Shown here: positions 1-8,631 of the stretch, in pieces
Layout of the letters: each line of letters begins with the position of its first letter
Position numbering within the stretch: position 1 is the first letter of the stretch
DNA from: Candidatus Pacearchaeota archaeon
Lineage (GTDB): Archaea > Nanobdellota > Nanobdellia > Pacearchaeales > UBA284
Length of the DNA: 64,000 nucleotides
Direction of reading: 5' to 3'
NCBI GenBank assembly: GCA_038894195.1
Contig: JAWAPZ010000001.1
Location: 129,566 to 193,565 of the forward strand
Made by a program: the position numbers and the translations under genes
The notes under the pieces: generated by a model
What the model was told of the DNA's origin: nothing
What the model saw: only the letters and a program-made list of their open reading frames with translations
The model's database searches: none

Positions 1-790
1 CAGTATGGCCATTAATTAATAATTTTGCTCCGATATCATCAAGAAATTCTGCGGCATCTCCAGATCTGTTCCAGAGAATGTCATAAATTGCTTTGTTTCT
101 ATTAGAATACTGCTCTCTACTAGGATAACCTCCATGAGTAAGGACAATGCTATCATCTATTATTACTGCAATTGGCAGTGATTTTAAATATGCATACTGG
201 TTTTCTGTGAATCCTCTTGAAGGAAATCTAATTTCATGCCATGCATTAGCGAGTGCTTTTCCGGGTCCAAATTTTTTGAGCCATCTGTAAAATAAGTTAA
301 GGATACCTATATTGCAACCATTAACTGCTTTACGTTTTTCATAACTTTTTTCTGCTTCATAATCATGATTTCCTTTTAAACAAGTATAATATCTCTCTTT
401 TCCTAATTTTTCTAAAGTGTCCTTTCTTGCAATCTCTCTGTCTAAAAATTTAGATTCTTGCCCATGCTCGCTGATTCTTTCAGGATGAACAACATCACCT
501 AGATCTACAACATAGACTTCACCGTTCTTAACTTTATTAATTAAATCCTCTTTCTTTTCAATTTTTTCATAATTCTTATAACCATCGTGTTTATCTGATA
601 TAACATAACAGGGTTTTCCTTTGGGATATAAACGAACCACATTTTCATCACCTACAATTTTTTCGAGAGTTGTTTTGTATGAAGATTGCTCTTGTGTTTG
701 CCCTGGCATTGTGCTTTGGACTGTTGTGTAAAGCATGAATGGGACTAAGAACTTTGATATTTCTCTCTTGAATTTTTGACCGAATTTCAT
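1..790 (-). CDS. Calcineurin-like metallophosphoesterase, 5'-partial in window (start codon at 790)
   Basis: Reverse-strand translation gives MKFGQKFKREISKF... with GNHDYEAE and DDSIVLTHGGYPSREQYSNRNKAIYDILWNRSGDAAEFLDDIGAKLLI. These are GNHE and GH motifs of the metallophosphatase fold. Confidence 0.55.
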   Translation of the reverse strand, partial: MKFGQKFKREISKFLVPFMLYTTVQSTMPGQTQEQSSYKTTLEKIVGDENVVRLYPKGKPCYVISDKHDGYKNYEKIEKKEDLINKVKNGEVYVVDLGDVVHPERISEHGQESKFLDREIARKDTLEKLGKERYYTCLKGNHDYEAEKSYEKRKAVNGCNIGILNLFYRWLKKFGPGKALANAWHEIRFPSRGFTENQYAYLKSLPIAVIIDDSIVLTHGGYPSREQYSNRNKAIYDILWNRSGDAAEFLDDIGAKLLINGHT

Positions 791-905
791 AAAACATCAA
801 GGAAAACTAGATTTATAAATCTTTTGTTTGTTACTACTTTATAGATACACAGGATTAATTCAAAGCGAAGGATAATTTAAAAACTTTAGTTTTCCTAAAC
901 ATTGT

Positions 906-2447
906 ATGAAAAAAGGGTTGCGGAAAGTATCCATTTGGGGTAGGTTGGGTAATCAGTGCACCATTGGCAGGGATGGAAAGTGTTGTAAAAATTGTCTAAT
1001 GGGCCCTTGTGTTGTTTGGAGTTTAAGAAATAAAGGCGCTTGTGGTGCTTCACAAGATTTAATTGTTTCGAGAAATTTGTTAAGATTTACTGCAGGAGGA
1101 ACAGCTGCGCATTGTGGGCATGCTTATCATCTGCTTGAATATTTAAAAGAAAAGTATCCTAAAGATTATATAAAAAGAAGAGCACCACCCTATCTTTATA
1201 AATTGTGGCAAGAAAAAGGGTTTCTTCCTTCTGCGGAAGGTGAACATTTCAAAGAAATCTCTGAAGCAATACATACAACTACAATGGGGTGCAATGCTGA
1301 TTTTCATGATATACTTGCATGGTGTTTAAAACTAGGAATACTAGACGGTTACTACGGACTGTATCTTGCAACTGAACTTGAAGATAAGACTTATGGAAAA
1401 CCAAAACCAAAAATAGGTGAACTGAATCTTGGGGTTATTAATCCTAATAAAGTAAATATCGCTGTTCACGGGCATGAACCAATGCTCGCTGAATCTATCG
1501 CCCATGAAGTAAAGAAAAAAGAGAACCAGGATATTAATCTTGTTGGTGTCTGTTGTACTGGTGCAAGTTTGCTGGCAAGACATGGTGTACCACTTGCAGC
1601 TAATTTCCTGTTACAGGAACAAGTAATCGCGAGTGGTTTGATTGACGCGATGGTTGTTGATGTTCAATGTATAATGCCCTCTCTAGCTGATCTTGCTGAG
1701 TGTTATCATACAAAAATTATCACAACAAGTGACTTGTGTAGAATTCCTAATGCACTACATATGCCAGTAAAGAACAAACAAGAAGCCAAAGAAGTTGCTG
1801 AAAAAATAATAATTACTGGGAGAACAATGTCAAGACATAGAACCTGCAAACAAATTTTTTCTGAAGAAAAGAAATTTGCCATAGTTGGCTTTCACGAGAA
1901 TAATCTCCCTTGGAATACAAAAGAAATTGCAAAAAAGATAAAAGAAAAAAAACTGAAAGGAATCATAGCAGTTATTGGATGCCAGAATCCTCACGTGAAA
2001 GAAAACTGGGTTGAGGTTTATAAAGAACTTTCGCGAGATTATCTGTTTGTGACAACTGGTTGTATTGCATTCAAGTTAGCACAGCATGGCTTACTTGATG
2101 GAAAGAACTTTTTTCATTTTGGAAGTTGCGTTAACAACTCTCGTGTAGCTGAGTTATTTAAAATCGTAGCAGAAGTTTGTAATAAAGAAATACACGAAAT
2201 GCCTTTTTTGGTTTCATGTCCAATGCCAATAACAGAAAAAGCTATCGCAATCGGAATGTTCTTCGCAGCTTTGGGTGTGGACGTTCACTTTGGATATAAT
2301 TTTCTTTTGTCAAGTGATATGCACATTGCACAATTCTTGGAGCATGTACTAAAAGAAGAATTCAAAAGCAAAGTTTTCCTTGAAATGAATCCAAAAAAAT
2401 TTAAAAAACGCATTCAAACAGAGGGGCTTGCAACAATCTACAAATAA
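906..2447 (+). CDS. cooS: Ni-CO dehydrogenase catalytic subunit-like (CooS/hybrid-cluster protein family), short form
   Basis: N-terminal Cys cluster CTIGRDGKCCKNCLMGPC (B/D-cluster-like). VHGHEPML His motif. VCCTGAS and DVQCIMP match the C-cluster ligand motifs of CooS. 513 aa is shorter than canonical CooS. Confidence 0.6.
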   Translation: MKKGLRKVSIWGRLGNQCTIGRDGKCCKNCLMGPCVVWSLRNKGACGASQDLIVSRNLLRFTAGGTAAHCGHAYHLLEYLKEKYPKDYIKRRAPPYLYKLWQEKGFLPSAEGEHFKEISEAIHTTTMGCNADFHDILAWCLKLGILDGYYGLYLATELEDKTYGKPKPKIGELNLGVINPNKVNIAVHGHEPMLAESIAHEVKKKENQDINLVGVCCTGASLLARHGVPLAANFLLQEQVIASGLIDAMVVDVQCIMPSLADLAECYHTKIITTSDLCRIPNALHMPVKNKQEAKEVAEKIIITGRTMSRHRTCKQIFSEEKKFAIVGFHENNLPWNTKEIAKKIKEKKLKGIIAVIGCQNPHVKENWVEVYKELSRDYLFVTTGCIAFKLAQHGLLDGKNFFHFGSCVNNSRVAELFKIVAEVCNKEIHEMPFLVSCPMPITEKAIAIGMFFAALGVDVHFGYNFLLSSDMHIAQFLEHVLKEEFKSKVFLEMNPKKFKKRIQTEGLATIYK

Positions 2448-2570
2448 ATCTAGAGATGAAAAGTCCAAATGTTTTATTGGTTTCAAACTAAGGGTGACCT
2501 GAGATGCTACTGTTCCTTGGAAGTATGATTTAAACAACAAATTTATAATCCCTTTTTCCCTGGATTTTAA

Positions 2571-3467
2571 ATGGAAATTTATGATGTTATAATTCTTGGA
2601 GCAGGGCCGGCTGGGATGACAGCTGCACTATACTGTGCAAGATATCAGTTAAAAACACTTGTTTTAGGTAAAGAGATTGGTGGACAAGCAAATTATATCT
2701 ACGTTCTTGAAAATTATCCTGGCATTGAAAAAACTTCAGGCATAGAACTTGTAAAAAAGTTAAAATCACAACTTGAAAAACTAAAAGTTGAAATAAAACA
2801 AGAAGAGGCAATCGACATTAAAAAGGAAAAAATGTGTATAGTAAAAACTCATACCAGGGTTTATTTTTCTAAAACAATGATCCTTGCGCTTGGAACAGAA
2901 AGTAAGAAACTTGGATTAAAAAATGAAAATAAGTTGATTGGTAAAGGAATAAGTTATTGTGCAACTTGCGACGCTCCTTTATTCAAAAATAAAGTTGTCG
3001 CAGTTGTTGGAAGTGGCAATAGTGCTGTTATGACTGCTTTGTTGCTCGCTGAATATGCAAAAAAAGTTTATTTAATTACAAAATATGAAGAAGAAAAAAT
3101 GAAAGCTGAGAATGTTAAGTTAGAAGAAGCAAAGAAAAATACAAAAATTGAAATATTGCGCGGAAATGTTAAAGAGGTCACTGGCAAAAATTTTGTTGAG
3201 GCGATTATTTTAGAGAATGGCAGGAATCTTGAATGCCAAGGAATTTTTGTTGAAATTGGAAAGGTTCCTAGAACTGATCTTGTTAAGCAACTCGAAGTTA
3301 AATTGGATGATAAAGGTTATATTCTAGTTGATAAAGAAATGAAAACTAACGTGGAAGGAATTTTTGCAGCAGGAGATTGTATTGCAAAGTCATTAAGACA
3401 GATTATAACAGCTGCAAGTGATGGTGCTATTGCAGCACATTCTGCCTACAAATTTTTGAAGAAATGA
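2571..3467 (+). CDS. trxB: Thioredoxin reductase
   Basis: FAD motif GAGPAG, redox-active CATCD, NAD(P) motif VVGSGNSA, C-terminal AAGDC. Confidence 0.85.
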   Translation: MEIYDVIILGAGPAGMTAALYCARYQLKTLVLGKEIGGQANYIYVLENYPGIEKTSGIELVKKLKSQLEKLKVEIKQEEAIDIKKEKMCIVKTHTRVYFSKTMILALGTESKKLGLKNENKLIGKGISYCATCDAPLFKNKVVAVVGSGNSAVMTALLLAEYAKKVYLITKYEEEKMKAENVKLEEAKKNTKIEILRGNVKEVTGKNFVEAIILENGRNLECQGIFVEIGKVPRTDLVKQLEVKLDDKGYILVDKEMKTNVEGIFAAGDCIAKSLRQIITAASDGAIAAHSAYKFLKK

Positions 3468-3472
3468 AATAA

Positions 3473-3802
3473 TTACTCAACATAAAATTGGGGATATTTT
3501 TGATGGTCTGGCATCTGATTATCACCTTTTCTTCTTTGGGAATTTTGAAATTCTTTTAACAAATCTGTTGATGAAATTATATCTCCAATATCAACACTGA
3601 TCTTTATTGGATGAACGCAGATGCACTCTATTTTGTTAGACCCCACTTTTTTTACCCTATCAATCAATGTAGCATGATCACAAATTTCTTGATCTATTTT
3701 AGTTAGAGTTCTATCTTTTCCAACGGCTTCGTAATAAGTAATAAGAAATTTATATCTTTCTACTTCTTTCTTAAAATCTTCAAAATTTCTAAATCTATTC
3801 AT
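3473..3802 (-). CDS. Hypothetical protein
   Basis: 109-aa ORF, no recognisable motif. Confidence 0.3.
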   Translation of the reverse strand: MNRFRNFEDFKKEVERYKFLITYYEAVGKDRTLTKIDQEICDHATLIDRVKKVGSNKIECICVHPIKISVDIGDIISSTDLLKEFQNSQRRKGDNQMPDHQKYPQFYVE

Positions 3803-3880
3803 ATCTGTCTCTGTTTTTCTTAGTTTTTATATTTTTCTAAACAAAAAGTTTTAAAAAATCTCTTTCTATAGATAATACAT

Positions 3881-4033
3881 GCCCCGATGGTGCAACGGTT
3901 AACATAGAACCCTGTCAGAGCCTTTTAAAAAGCCTCGGGAAACTAGTGCTTTAGGCTACTGAACGGTTCAGATCCGAGTTCGAATATAAGGGTAAACCCT
4001 TGTCAACCCTTAACGAAATTCTCGGTCGGGGCG
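3881..4033 (+). tRNA. Intron-containing tRNA, isotype undetermined; T-loop (59/60) intron plus probable further intron(s)
   Basis: Perfect 7-bp acceptor stem GCCCCGA/TCGGGGC. T-arm CCGAG-TTCGAA[35-nt insert]T-CTCGG. Discriminator G. TATA-like TTTTAAAAAA about 25 nt upstream. D-arm and anticodon arm are not contiguous, implying additional introns. Confidence 0.5.
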
Positions 4034-4132
4034 TTCTGAAAAGTTTGATTCCCAAGGTAAGTTTTTTATAAAATACTAACATGATATTTTTTTTCTATTT
4101 CTTTGGATAACTTTTTAGCTTTTTCTAACGCT

Positions 4133-4588
4133 TCAGGAAGCATGAATGAATGGGCTATATCTCTCTTTAATTTTTTTACAGCTTCTTCTAAACCCATCCT
4201 TTTTAGACATATAGTAAAATTTGGTAAAATTGGAGAGATTATCTGCAGAAAAAACTATTTTTGCTTCTATTGTTTCAGGATCCGGCCCTCTGCTCGTTCT
4301 ATGTGATTCAATACAATGCAAAATTGCTTTTAATTTAGTTTTATCATAACCAATTGCATTTAGGAATTCTTCTGCCATCTTTGCAGAAGCAACATTATGA
4401 TCATCTTTATCATAGCCTCCAGTAGGATGAACTATTTCATGTAACCAACAACCATATTCAACAACTTCTTTATTTGCACCTGGATAAAATTGTAATAACC
4501 ATAATCCCTCTTTAACCACCTACACTACATGATTATCAACAAAATATTTTGGTAATTTTGACCTCACAAATTGTTCTACTTTTTCCAT
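4133..4588 (-). pseudogene. HD-domain phosphohydrolase interrupted by an in-frame TAG (pseudogene, sequencing error or recoding)
   Basis: ATG at 4588 gives MEKVEQFVRSKLPKYFVDNHVV, then TAG (4520-4522), then VVKEGLWLL...LHEIVH...DKDDH in the same frame. Sequence on both sides of the TAG is typical of one HD-domain protein. The ORF table shows only the downstream part, starting at a GTG. Confidence 0.5.
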
Positions 4589-4834
4589 AAAAAGATAAAA
4601 GGATTACTTACTTAGATCCTTCTCTTAGATCCATAAAAAGAAAAATGTATTAACTTTGATGCTATTAATGCAATAATACACTAAAAAAAGATACAACTCA
4701 TTAATATGCAGGTTGGTAGTTAACTAGGTATAAGCGTTTCATCTTAGCAAATAAGAGAGTAGGTTTAAGATTTAACACAAGTGCTTGCATCCTAACACAA
4801 TAAAAAATAAAAACCAAGATTTTAAGTTAAAAAC

Positions 4835-5185
4835 ATGAAACTTGAAAAAATCGTTTTGTTTGCTTTGCCATTTTTTATAGCAAGCTCTGTTTTTGAAAAA
4901 ACCAAGGCCCCTGTTTATGAATTTAGAAAGCAAGAGGTTACAGACACGTTCTACTTAAGGAAACATAGAAGTTTAGGGCCATACGATATATTTTTAAAGG
5001 AAATTCTCGGAGATTCGGTTACGGTTGTGATAACTAAAGATAAGGAAAGTTATTTATTTTTATTAAAATTAGGTACTTCAATTACTTATCAAGACAAAAA
5101 TAATGAAACCACAATTACTGTTAATTCTATAAATAATGAGAAAGGAAAAGAGTGCATAATTTTTTCAAAAATTAATGAAAATTAA
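4835..5185 (+). CDS. Hypothetical small secreted protein
   Basis: N-terminal hydrophobic signal-like segment MKLEKIVLFALPFFIASSVF. Confidence 0.3.
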   Translation: MKLEKIVLFALPFFIASSVFEKTKAPVYEFRKQEVTDTFYLRKHRSLGPYDIFLKEILGDSVTVVITKDKESYLFLLKLGTSITYQDKNNETTITVNSINNEKGKECIIFSKINEN

Positions 5186-5237
5186 ACTAATCTTGCATCA
5201 CAACAAAGCTTATAAATTAGGCAGGTTTGGAAAAAAG

Positions 5238-5384
5238 ATGGCAGACAAGAATTGCGAGAAATGTCATGGAACAGGAATAGTAAAAGAGAAAGATGGTAGT
5301 GTCCATGTTTGTTTTGACTGCCTTAATAAGGGCGAAATGAATCAGCATTCTAAAGATGTTAAAGAAACGAAGATAAAAATTTAA
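5238..5384 (+). CDS. Small zinc-ribbon protein (CxxCxGxG ... CxxC)
   Basis: MADKNCEKCHGTGIVKEKDGSVHVCFDCLNKG with a DnaJ-type CxxCxGxG finger. Start chosen at an internal Met of the 69-aa ORF. Confidence 0.35.
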   Translation: MADKNCEKCHGTGIVKEKDGSVHVCFDCLNKGEMNQHSKDVKETKIKI

Positions 5385-5422
5385 TTCTAAAAGTTTAAAT
5401 AGTTTAAAAAGGAAACAAAATA

Positions 5423-6844
5423 ATGCGGTTAAAACATATATATGCTATTATCCCTGTAGGTTTCATAAGTGAGACATCTCAAGCTTTTCATACTGGTAAT
5501 CTTGCTGCTCCGATTCTTCGCGCAATGACCCCTAAAGAGATAAAAATTACACTTACAGACGAAAATCTTGGTGGTAAGATCGACTTTAATTCAAATGCTG
5601 ACCTTATCTTGCTGTTGAGTGTCATAACTTCTTGCGCCCCAAAAGCTTATAGAATTGCAAATGAGTTCAAAAAACGTGGTAAGATCGTTGGCATAGGGGG
5701 CCCACATCCAAGTGTTGCACCTGAAGAATCACTAGAATTTGCTGATTTTGTTGGTATTGGCGAGCTAGAAGGTTACTGGCCACAAGTTTTAAAAGATTTT
5801 GAAAAAAATAAGCTTAAAAAAGTTTACAAAAACAAAGAACCTGTCTGTCTAGACAAGTTACCTTGTCCTGATAGAACTATAATTGAAAATATGCGTGCAA
5901 AAGGCCATAAAGTAAATTATTTAACTGATGTTGTTACTTATACCACAAGAGGTTGCCCGTATAACTGTTCTTTTTGCACTGTCACTAATATTTATGGTGC
6001 AAAATATAGGTTCAGGCCCGTTAAAGAGGTTATTAAAGATATCTTAAAGCATGGTAGGAAATTAAACTTCATGCTTTTTGTAGACGATAATATATGGGCA
6101 AATCCTGAATATGCTAAAGAGCTTTTTAAAGAGATGATAAGAGCTAAATTAAATAAAAAATGGATAAGCCAAGCCAGTCTCTCGCAAGCTTTTGATACAG
6201 AACTACTGAAACTTGCAAAAAAAGCAGGGTGTTCTGGTGTATACATAGGTTATGAAAACATAAATCCTGAAAGCTTGGTAGAAGCACATAAACAAGTTAA
6301 CAAACCAGAACAATTTTTAAAACTAACAAAAAAAATTCATGAAGCAAGAATTCCTGTTATAGGAAGTTTTGTTTTTGGTTTTGATTCTGACACTAAAGAA
6401 ACTATAAAAGAGACTGTTGAATTTGCAATAAAGGCCAATATCGACTATGCACAATTTTGTATATTAACTCCTTTCAAAAAAACAGCTATATATGAGAAAT
6501 TGAAAAAGGAAAATAGAATTATAATTAACGGTGAAGATGGAGGAAAATTCCATGACAACTGGTCTTACTACACCTTTGGAAATGTTGTTTTTGAACCTAA
6601 AAACATGACTGCAAAAGAGCTAAAAGAAATGCAGGTTTGGGCATTCAGAAAATTCGGGGGGGCAAGATCAATTCTTAAGAGAAGTATACACGGCCTAAGA
6701 TATTTTCCTTTATACATGCCATTTCTAGGTTTCTTTAATCTGTTTACAAGACTTTCAGACTCGCAAAGAAGTAAAAACCCAAGAAAATTTCTTGAAAAAA
6801 ACATTAAAAAGTGGGAAAAAAAGTATAAAATCAGAAATGAGTAA
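5423..6844 (+). CDS. B12-binding domain radical SAM protein (class B rSAM)
   Basis: N-terminal cobalamin-binding-like domain, then the CxxxCxxC core RGCPYNCSFCTV. Confidence 0.8.
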   Translation: MRLKHIYAIIPVGFISETSQAFHTGNLAAPILRAMTPKEIKITLTDENLGGKIDFNSNADLILLLSVITSCAPKAYRIANEFKKRGKIVGIGGPHPSVAPEESLEFADFVGIGELEGYWPQVLKDFEKNKLKKVYKNKEPVCLDKLPCPDRTIIENMRAKGHKVNYLTDVVTYTTRGCPYNCSFCTVTNIYGAKYRFRPVKEVIKDILKHGRKLNFMLFVDDNIWANPEYAKELFKEMIRAKLNKKWISQASLSQAFDTELLKLAKKAGCSGVYIGYENINPESLVEAHKQVNKPEQFLKLTKKIHEARIPVIGSFVFGFDSDTKETIKETVEFAIKANIDYAQFCILTPFKKTAIYEKLKKENRIIINGEDGGKFHDNWSYYTFGNVVFEPKNMTAKELKEMQVWAFRKFGGARSILKRSIHGLRYFPLYMPFLGFFNLFTRLSDSQRSKNPRKFLEKNIKKWEKKYKIRNE

Positions 6845-6853
6845 AACACTAAG

Positions 6854-6862
6854 CTTTTAAAT
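6854..6862 (+). promoter_or_regulatory. TATA-box-like element upstream of tRNA-Lys
   Basis: CTTTTAAAT lies about 23-30 nt upstream of the tRNA 5' end at 6885. Confidence 0.4.
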
Positions 6863-6884
6863 GTCAAGTTTCTTGTTTTTTAGT

Positions 6885-7057
6885 GGGCCCGTAGCTCAGC
6901 CTGGTTAGAGCACTGGCCTTTTAAATAAGGACACTTCCTTATGAACCTTTAAATTAAAGGTAGAAGGAGAAAGCCAGGTGTCGGGGGTTCGAATGATCAG
7001 AAACCTACGGTTTCCGATGCTTTCCCTTGAGGAAAAACGAAAATCCCCTCGGGCCCG
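6885..7057 (+). tRNA. tRNA-Lys(TTT) with two introns: anticodon loop (~6925-6972) and T-loop 59/60 (~6994-7043)
   Basis: Acceptor GGGCCCG/CGGGCCC. D-arm TAGCTCAGCCTGGTTAGAGCA. Anticodon stem CTGGC, loop CTTTTAA, 48-nt intron, then GCCAG. T-arm GGGGG-TTCGAA[50 nt]T-CCCCT. Discriminator G. Confidence 0.75.
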
Positions 7058-7068
7058 TTTTAAGAAAT

Positions 7069-8541
7069 TTATTTTTTAAGATACTCGTGTCTCCAAATAG
7101 GGTCCGTCAATTTTTCAAGCTTCTTATCAAACTCATCTAAAAATTTTTCAAACTCTTTCGATTTTATTGCTAAAGCAGCATCTTTGTCCTCTGGTTTGGC
7201 TCTTTTCGTTAGAATATTTTTCTTGAAGTTTTTGAAATGATCTCTTATCGAGCATGGCATCAACCAGTTACTTGGATCGCTTTGATGTGCAAAACCATAT
7301 TCCTCTTGCCATTTTCTACCGTTCTTGAACAAATCAGAAAATAAAGCATCGGTAATGCTCTTGCCTTTCTTATAAAGGTCTATGATATTATCCTCGTAAT
7401 ATGGGACAAAAACGCACGGCATTATGTTTCCATTCCAGTCTATGTAAAAATAGCCTCCGCGCCTTGCATACGCAATACATCCATCTGCTAGTACTCCGGA
7501 GTTCCAGAAATCTGCTATGCAGTACCTTTTCTTCTCAAGAAGATATTCCCACTTTTTAAGCAATTCAACTCTCTCTTCTGGCGTTAACATCAACTCTTTT
7601 ACAGTTCTTGCTTTCCCGATTGGCATTAACTGAAATAACCATATGTATGTTGCACCAAGTTTCAAGAAAATAAAATCATAAAAATCATCTCTAAGTAAAG
7701 TGCCTATATTTTCTCTTGTTGCTGTCAATGAAATGCCAAACGGAACCCCGGCACGTCTCAAATTATTGGTGGCTTCAAGAATTTTCTTAAATACTCCTTT
7801 GCCTCTCCTTACATCAGTTTCTTTTTCAAAACCCTCTAATGAAATAGCTGGGCTAACATTTCCAAGTCTTGCAAGTCTCTCTGCAACTTCCTCATTAATA
7901 AGTGTTCCATTAGTATAAAACATAAAAAACATGTCAGGATGCTGCTCCCAGATATCAAACAAAGTCTTTCCTTGAGACTGATACATTAATGGTTCACCAC
8001 CACTTATGACCATAAATTTATTCCCTAGCAAATCGTGAGCTTCATTGGCTATTCTTTCTACTACGTTAAATGGTAGTGTTGGTGCTGTATCTTTTGAACT
8101 TGCGTAACAGCCAACGCATCTTAAATTACATCTCTGTGTAGGTGAAAGGACAATGAAACCAGGTGGCCAAATTCCGAAATCCTGTCTAAATTTATCTATA
8201 GTTCTAAGCTCCTTTGCTCCTTTTACCATGTTTCCCTGTACAAAAACATGTACAAGCTTATTGGCTACCTCTTTAGATATGTATCCTTTCTTAAAATTTC
8301 TAACAGAACACGTTAGGAGAGCTCTAGCAAAATTGAACTTCATTAATTTAACTTTTCTTAAGCAGTGTGGGTTCTTTTCAACTATATCTTTATACATTCT
8401 TCTTTCTAGAGAATTGAGAAATATGGTTTGAAGTATTGGCGTAAAAATGGCTTTTTTAAGTAAAGAAACAACAAAGCTTTCTTTAAACTCTCTTTCCTTA
8501 ACCTCTTTCGTACTACCCCCTTCACTTAGCAGGCTTTCCAT
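7069..8541 (-). CDS. Radical SAM / SPASM-domain protein (anaerobic sulfatase-maturase-like) with ~130-aa N-terminal extension
   Basis: CNLRCVGCY CxxxCxxC motif. C-terminal SPASM-like CIAYARRGGYFYIDWNGNIMPC. Confidence 0.8.
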   Translation of the reverse strand: MESLLSEGGSTKEVKEREFKESFVVSLLKKAIFTPILQTIFLNSLERRMYKDIVEKNPHCLRKVKLMKFNFARALLTCSVRNFKKGYISKEVANKLVHVFVQGNMVKGAKELRTIDKFRQDFGIWPPGFIVLSPTQRCNLRCVGCYASSKDTAPTLPFNVVERIANEAHDLLGNKFMVISGGEPLMYQSQGKTLFDIWEQHPDMFFMFYTNGTLINEEVAERLARLGNVSPAISLEGFEKETDVRRGKGVFKKILEATNNLRRAGVPFGISLTATRENIGTLLRDDFYDFIFLKLGATYIWLFQLMPIGKARTVKELMLTPEERVELLKKWEYLLEKKRYCIADFWNSGVLADGCIAYARRGGYFYIDWNGNIMPCVFVPYYEDNIIDLYKKGKSITDALFSDLFKNGRKWQEEYGFAHQSDPSNWLMPCSIRDHFKNFKKNILTKRAKPEDKDAALAIKSKEFEKFLDEFDKKLEKLTDPIWRHEYLKK

Positions 8542-8595
8542 TTTTATACTAAAAATCTGGGGTTTAAAAAGCTTTATTTTGTTTTATAAAATATA

Positions 8596-8625
8596 TCCCT
8601 GGCTCACCCCTCCTGCGCCAGCCCC
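8596..8625. promoter_or_regulatory. GC-rich hairpin (CTGGC...GCCAG) next to a T-run, between trpS stop and the rSAM/SPASM start; possible terminator or attenuator
   Basis: The 5-bp inverted repeat CTGGC...GCCAG within 8598-8620 has a 13-nt loop and is followed on the minus strand by ATATATTTTAT. It is a GC island in an AT-rich spacer. Confidence 0.3.
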
Positions 8626-8631
8626 TATTTT

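Noticed and set aside
1341-2540. Antisense ORFs 1341-1583 and 2349-2540.
   Set aside because: They are embedded in or antisense to the well-supported cooS-like gene and are Phe/Ile-rich low-complexity products.
4520-4522. Genome-wide TAG reassignment (for example pyrrolysine) suggested by the in-frame TAG in the HD gene.
   Set aside because: TAG terminates several well-defined genes in the window (10247-11278, 40144-40644, 44639-45367, 19835-20320). No pyl genes are seen here. A local pseudogene or sequencing error is more parsimonious.
8596-8625. A GC-rich hairpin, considered as a possible small RNA or riboswitch.
   Set aside because: It is too short and has no recognisable conserved riboswitch features. 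It is kept only as a possible terminator or attenuator hairpin, at low confidence.
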